This document shows, piece by piece, positions 61,301-64,000 of a stretch of DNA of 64,000 nucleotides. Under the pieces are notes generated by a model that saw only the letters and a program-made list of their open reading frames with translations, was not told where the DNA came from and did no database searches. Each line of letters begins with the position of its first letter. The stretch's first letter is position 1. Source of the DNA: an uncultured Spirochaetota bacterium. GTDB taxonomy: Bacteria; Spirochaetota; Spirochaetia; SZUA-6; Fen-1364. Location of the stretch: assembly GCA_963781885.1 (NCBI GenBank), contig CAWAHW010000001.1, positions 96,001 through 160,000 of the forward strand, in the 5' to 3' direction. The position numbers and the translations under genes were made by a program.

Positions 61301-62297
61301 TCAGGGCGCGGGCGAAAGCACGATGGCCGTGCGCGTGTCCGCCGCTTCCCGGCAGCGCAGCGCGATCTCCGTCACGGCGAGCGCCTCCGCCGCGGTAATG
61401 CGCATCGGCGTGCCCTCTTCGATGTGCCGGACGAAATCGTGGAACATCGACACGGGCTCTTCCTTCTCCAGCCTGCGCGGGGGGGAGTCCTGGCAGATGA
61501 TGCTCGCCTCGCCGCCGAGCACTTCCACGACGCCCTTATCGCCTGCAATGCGCACGCGGTCGTCGCCATGCGTCGGGGCGGAGCCGGGACGGAAATAGTC
61601 GAAGGTGAGGCTCGCGCAGCCCGCATTGGCCAGGCGCATGAGGCAGGCGCCCGAGCTTTCCATCTCGCCCAGCCCCTTGTTGCCCGACGTGGTCTGGGAC
61701 GCGCTCACCTCCGTGATCCTGCCTCCGCTGTACCAGTAGATCCAGTCGATGCCGTGGATGGCCACCCACGGGAATGGTCCCCCCATAGGTGGCCCGGTGC
61801 GTATAGACGGGATGCCGCGTGCCCAGCTTGTACGACTTCTGCGCCGTGATGAGGAGCGGCTCGCCCACAAGGCCGTCCTTCACCGCTTTCCACGCGGCGT
61901 AGAAGGCCGGGTGGTAGCGATAGGACAGCATGGGACAGAGATCCGCCTTGCCCTGCGCATGCGTGCGGCGAAGGCGCTCGAGCTGATCCATGGAAACGGC
62001 CATGGGTTTTTCCAGGAAGACATGAATCCCTCGCTCGAGGCATTCACAGGCGATGCGCGACTGGAGGAAGAAGAAGGGAGCCACCACCGCGACGTGCGGT
62101 TTCTCCCTGTCGAGCATGCGGCGGTAGTCGTCGTAGTAGGGAATGAGGGAGGGCTCCATCTGGTCGACGAAGAACTCGCGGGCATCCTCGTCGGCGGATC
62201 CCGGCGCCACGCCGACGAAGCTCAGCTGCGGCAGCCGATCGCGCACCTCCAGGGCGAGGTCGATGTGACCGCTGGTGCCGATGATCACTGCCTTCAC
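61301..62297 (-). CDS. Gfo/Idh/MocA-family oxidoreductase; frameshift near 61775
   Basis: 'YDDYRRMLDREKP', 'GIHVFLEKPMA', 'YRYHP', 'YGGTIPWVAIHGIDW' (after frame repair). Confidence 0.88.
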
Positions 62298-62375
62298 GGG
62301 AGATCCTCCGCGGACACTATAGCCTTTTCGCCGCTGCTTGTCCCATGAGCGCAAAACGTCTACTCTTTTCCCAGC

Positions 62376-63353
62376 ATGCGTTCCATCCATTCCCGCACTT
62401 TTCCCCTGCTCGTGGCCGCCTTGTGCGCCGTGCTGGCTGCGGGAGCCAGTGTCATCGCTTCTGCGGATTCGCCGAAGCCCAGCGTCCTGCGCGTGCTGGT
62501 GCCGCAGACGACCGCGGCCCTTCCCTTCCTCCGCATGGCGCAGGCAGGCGTCACCTCTTCGGGGCTCACGCTGAAGGTGGATTTCTTCGCCAATCATGCC
62601 CAGGCGCTCGCCATGCTGCTGCGCGGCGACACGGACCTCCTCCTCAGCGGCACGAGCCAGGGCTGGGAGAACAGGCTGGACGGCAGCCCCATCCAGATGA
62701 TCGATACGGGCGTGTGGGGCGTCTCCTCCCTCATCGGCAAGGACCCTTCCATCAAGGGCTTTGCCGACCTGAAGGGCAAGCGCATCGCCATGCCCTTCCC
62801 CGGCTCGCCGCTCGACTTCCAGAGCCGTGCTCTGCTTGTTTTTGAAAAGATCGATCCCGACAAGGACGTGACGATCAGCTACGGTCCTTTTCCGCAGAGC
62901 GTGCAGAGGCTGCTCGCCGGCCAGCTCGACGCCGCCGCGCTTCCCGAGCCGCTTGCCACAACGGTCGTGAGGAAGAACGGGCTCCTGCGCCTGGTCGACT
63001 ACTCCCAGGCTTGGGCCCGATTCACGGGCGGCGACCGGCAGTCCCCTCAGGTGAGCCTCTTTGCCACGGAGGAGTGGGCGCGCAACAATGTGTCGGTGAT
63101 CGCGGCGCTGGTCTCCGACTGGGACGCCGCCACGCGCGCGGTGGTCGCGGATCCGGCAAAAGCCGCGGCGCAATTCTCCACGGCGCTTGAAACTGACGCC
63201 GCCATCCTCGAGGAGGCGACGCGCAACACGCTTCTTGCGGTGCCGTCGCCGGCGGAAAACCGCACCCGCGTGCTCTCCTATTACCAGACGGTCTCGAAGT
63301 ACCTCCCGGCCGGGCCGCGTCCCCTGGACGAGCGGTTCTTCATCGTTCCCTGA
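62376..63353 (+). CDS. ABC importer substrate-binding protein (NMT1/SsuA-like)
   Basis: Signal peptide; 'DLKGKRIA', 'GQLDAAALPEP'. Confidence 0.85.
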   Translation: MRSIHSRTFPLLVAALCAVLAAGASVIASADSPKPSVLRVLVPQTTAALPFLRMAQAGVTSSGLTLKVDFFANHAQALAMLLRGDTDLLLSGTSQGWENRLDGSPIQMIDTGVWGVSSLIGKDPSIKGFADLKGKRIAMPFPGSPLDFQSRALLVFEKIDPDKDVTISYGPFPQSVQRLLAGQLDAAALPEPLATTVVRKNGLLRLVDYSQAWARFTGGDRQSPQVSLFATEEWARNNVSVIAALVSDWDAATRAVVADPAKAAAQFSTALETDAAILEEATRNTLLAVPSPAENRTRVLSYYQTVSKYLPAGPRPLDERFFIVP

Positions 63354-63356
63354 GCC

Positions 63357-64000
63357 ATGACGGCCCGGCTCCCGACCCGCGCGCGGAAGGTGCGCCTGCG
63401 GCTGCTCGGCGCAGCGGGAGTGCTGATCCTTTTTGCCGGGTGGGCCGCGGCCAGTCTCATTGCGGGCTCCTTCTTCGTGCCGGCCCCCTGGACCACCATC
63501 GCCGACACGGCGCTGCTCCTGGCGCGCGGAGCCACGTGGACGCAGATCCTCATCACCTTCCTGCGCGTGCTCGTCGGTTTCGTCGCGGGATTCATTGCGG
63601 GCCTGGTGGCGGGAATCGCCATGGGAAGCAGCGCGGAGGTGGCGGCCCTGTTCCGACCGCTCGTGCTCTTCTTCCAGGGCATGCCGCCGTTGCTCTGGGC
63701 GATACCGCTGGTGGCGCTCATGGGCATCGGTCACCTTCCAACCATCGTCGTGATCGCCCTCATCACGTTCCCGCTCGTAGCGGTCACGCTGGGGGAGGGC
63801 ATGTCCACGCTGCCGCGCGACCTGGGGGAAATGCTTGCGCTCTTCGCCCCCGGTTTCGGCCCTCGGATCAAAGAGCTCGTGCTGCCGCACCTCGCGCCTT
63901 TCCTCGGTGCGGCCCTGAATGCCGGTCTCGTGCTCGCGGTGAAGGCATCGGTGACCGCGGAATACTTCGGAGCGAATGACGGCATCGGCTTCCAGATACA
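63357..64000 (+). CDS. ABC importer permease (NitT/TauT-like), truncated by the window end
   Basis: 'FVPAPW', 'TFLRVLVGF', 'QGMPPLLW', 'ELVLPHLAPF', 'VTAEYFGANDGIG'. Confidence 0.88.
   Translation, partial: MTARLPTRARKVRLRLLGAAGVLILFAGWAAASLIAGSFFVPAPWTTIADTALLLARGATWTQILITFLRVLVGFVAGFIAGLVAGIAMGSSAEVAALFRPLVLFFQGMPPLLWAIPLVALMGIGHLPTIVVIALITFPLVAVTLGEGMSTLPRDLGEMLALFAPGFGPRIKELVLPHLAPFLGAALNAGLVLAVKASVTAEYFGANDGIGFQI

Noticed and set aside
1-64000. tRNA, rRNA, IS element, integrase or prophage
   Set aside because: I saw no cloverleaf or T-loop signature in the intergenic regions and no transposase, integrase or phage structural motifs. This was not confirmed computationally.

Overview
A 64 kb, gene-dense, GC-rich bacterial chromosome segment with about 52 genes. 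I inferred the lineage as probably an environmental Spirochaetia-like diderm (FabV/Ter, PPi-type PFK, many lipoproteins, outer-membrane barrels, SH3b proteins); this is not verified. It carries housekeeping and metabolic genes (fabV, pfk, deoxynucleoside kinase, fhs, pepF, fused pyrF-pyrE with pyrD and pyrK, lipA, mrp, an sdhB-like gene, a menA-like gene), two heterodimeric ABC exporters, DNA repair and modification genes (SMUG1-type UDG, ATL, an orphan N4/N6 methyltransferase), a chemoreceptor with a sigma54 promoter, and several envelope proteins of unknown function. At least 13 genes, including pyrF, pyrK and lipA, are split by apparent short indels; this most likely reflects long-read assembly error rather than true pseudogenes. 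I found no rRNA, tRNA, transposase, integrase or CRISPR array. The most notable items are: (1) a 9-copy head-to-tail 27-bp GTAG-type palindromic (REP-like) array at 36361-36607; (2) a beta-barrel/transglutaminase/TPR protein paired with a repeat-rich surface lipoprotein; (3) an mrp-sdhB-lipA-FNR operon without sdhA/sdhC; (4) a metallopeptidase/beta-propeller/Omp85 protein; (5) a cupredoxin lipoprotein paired with a beta-barrel; and (6) a recurring leaderless-mRNA signature (TANNNT exactly 6 nt before the start codon). All calls come from reading motifs by eye; no searches were run.
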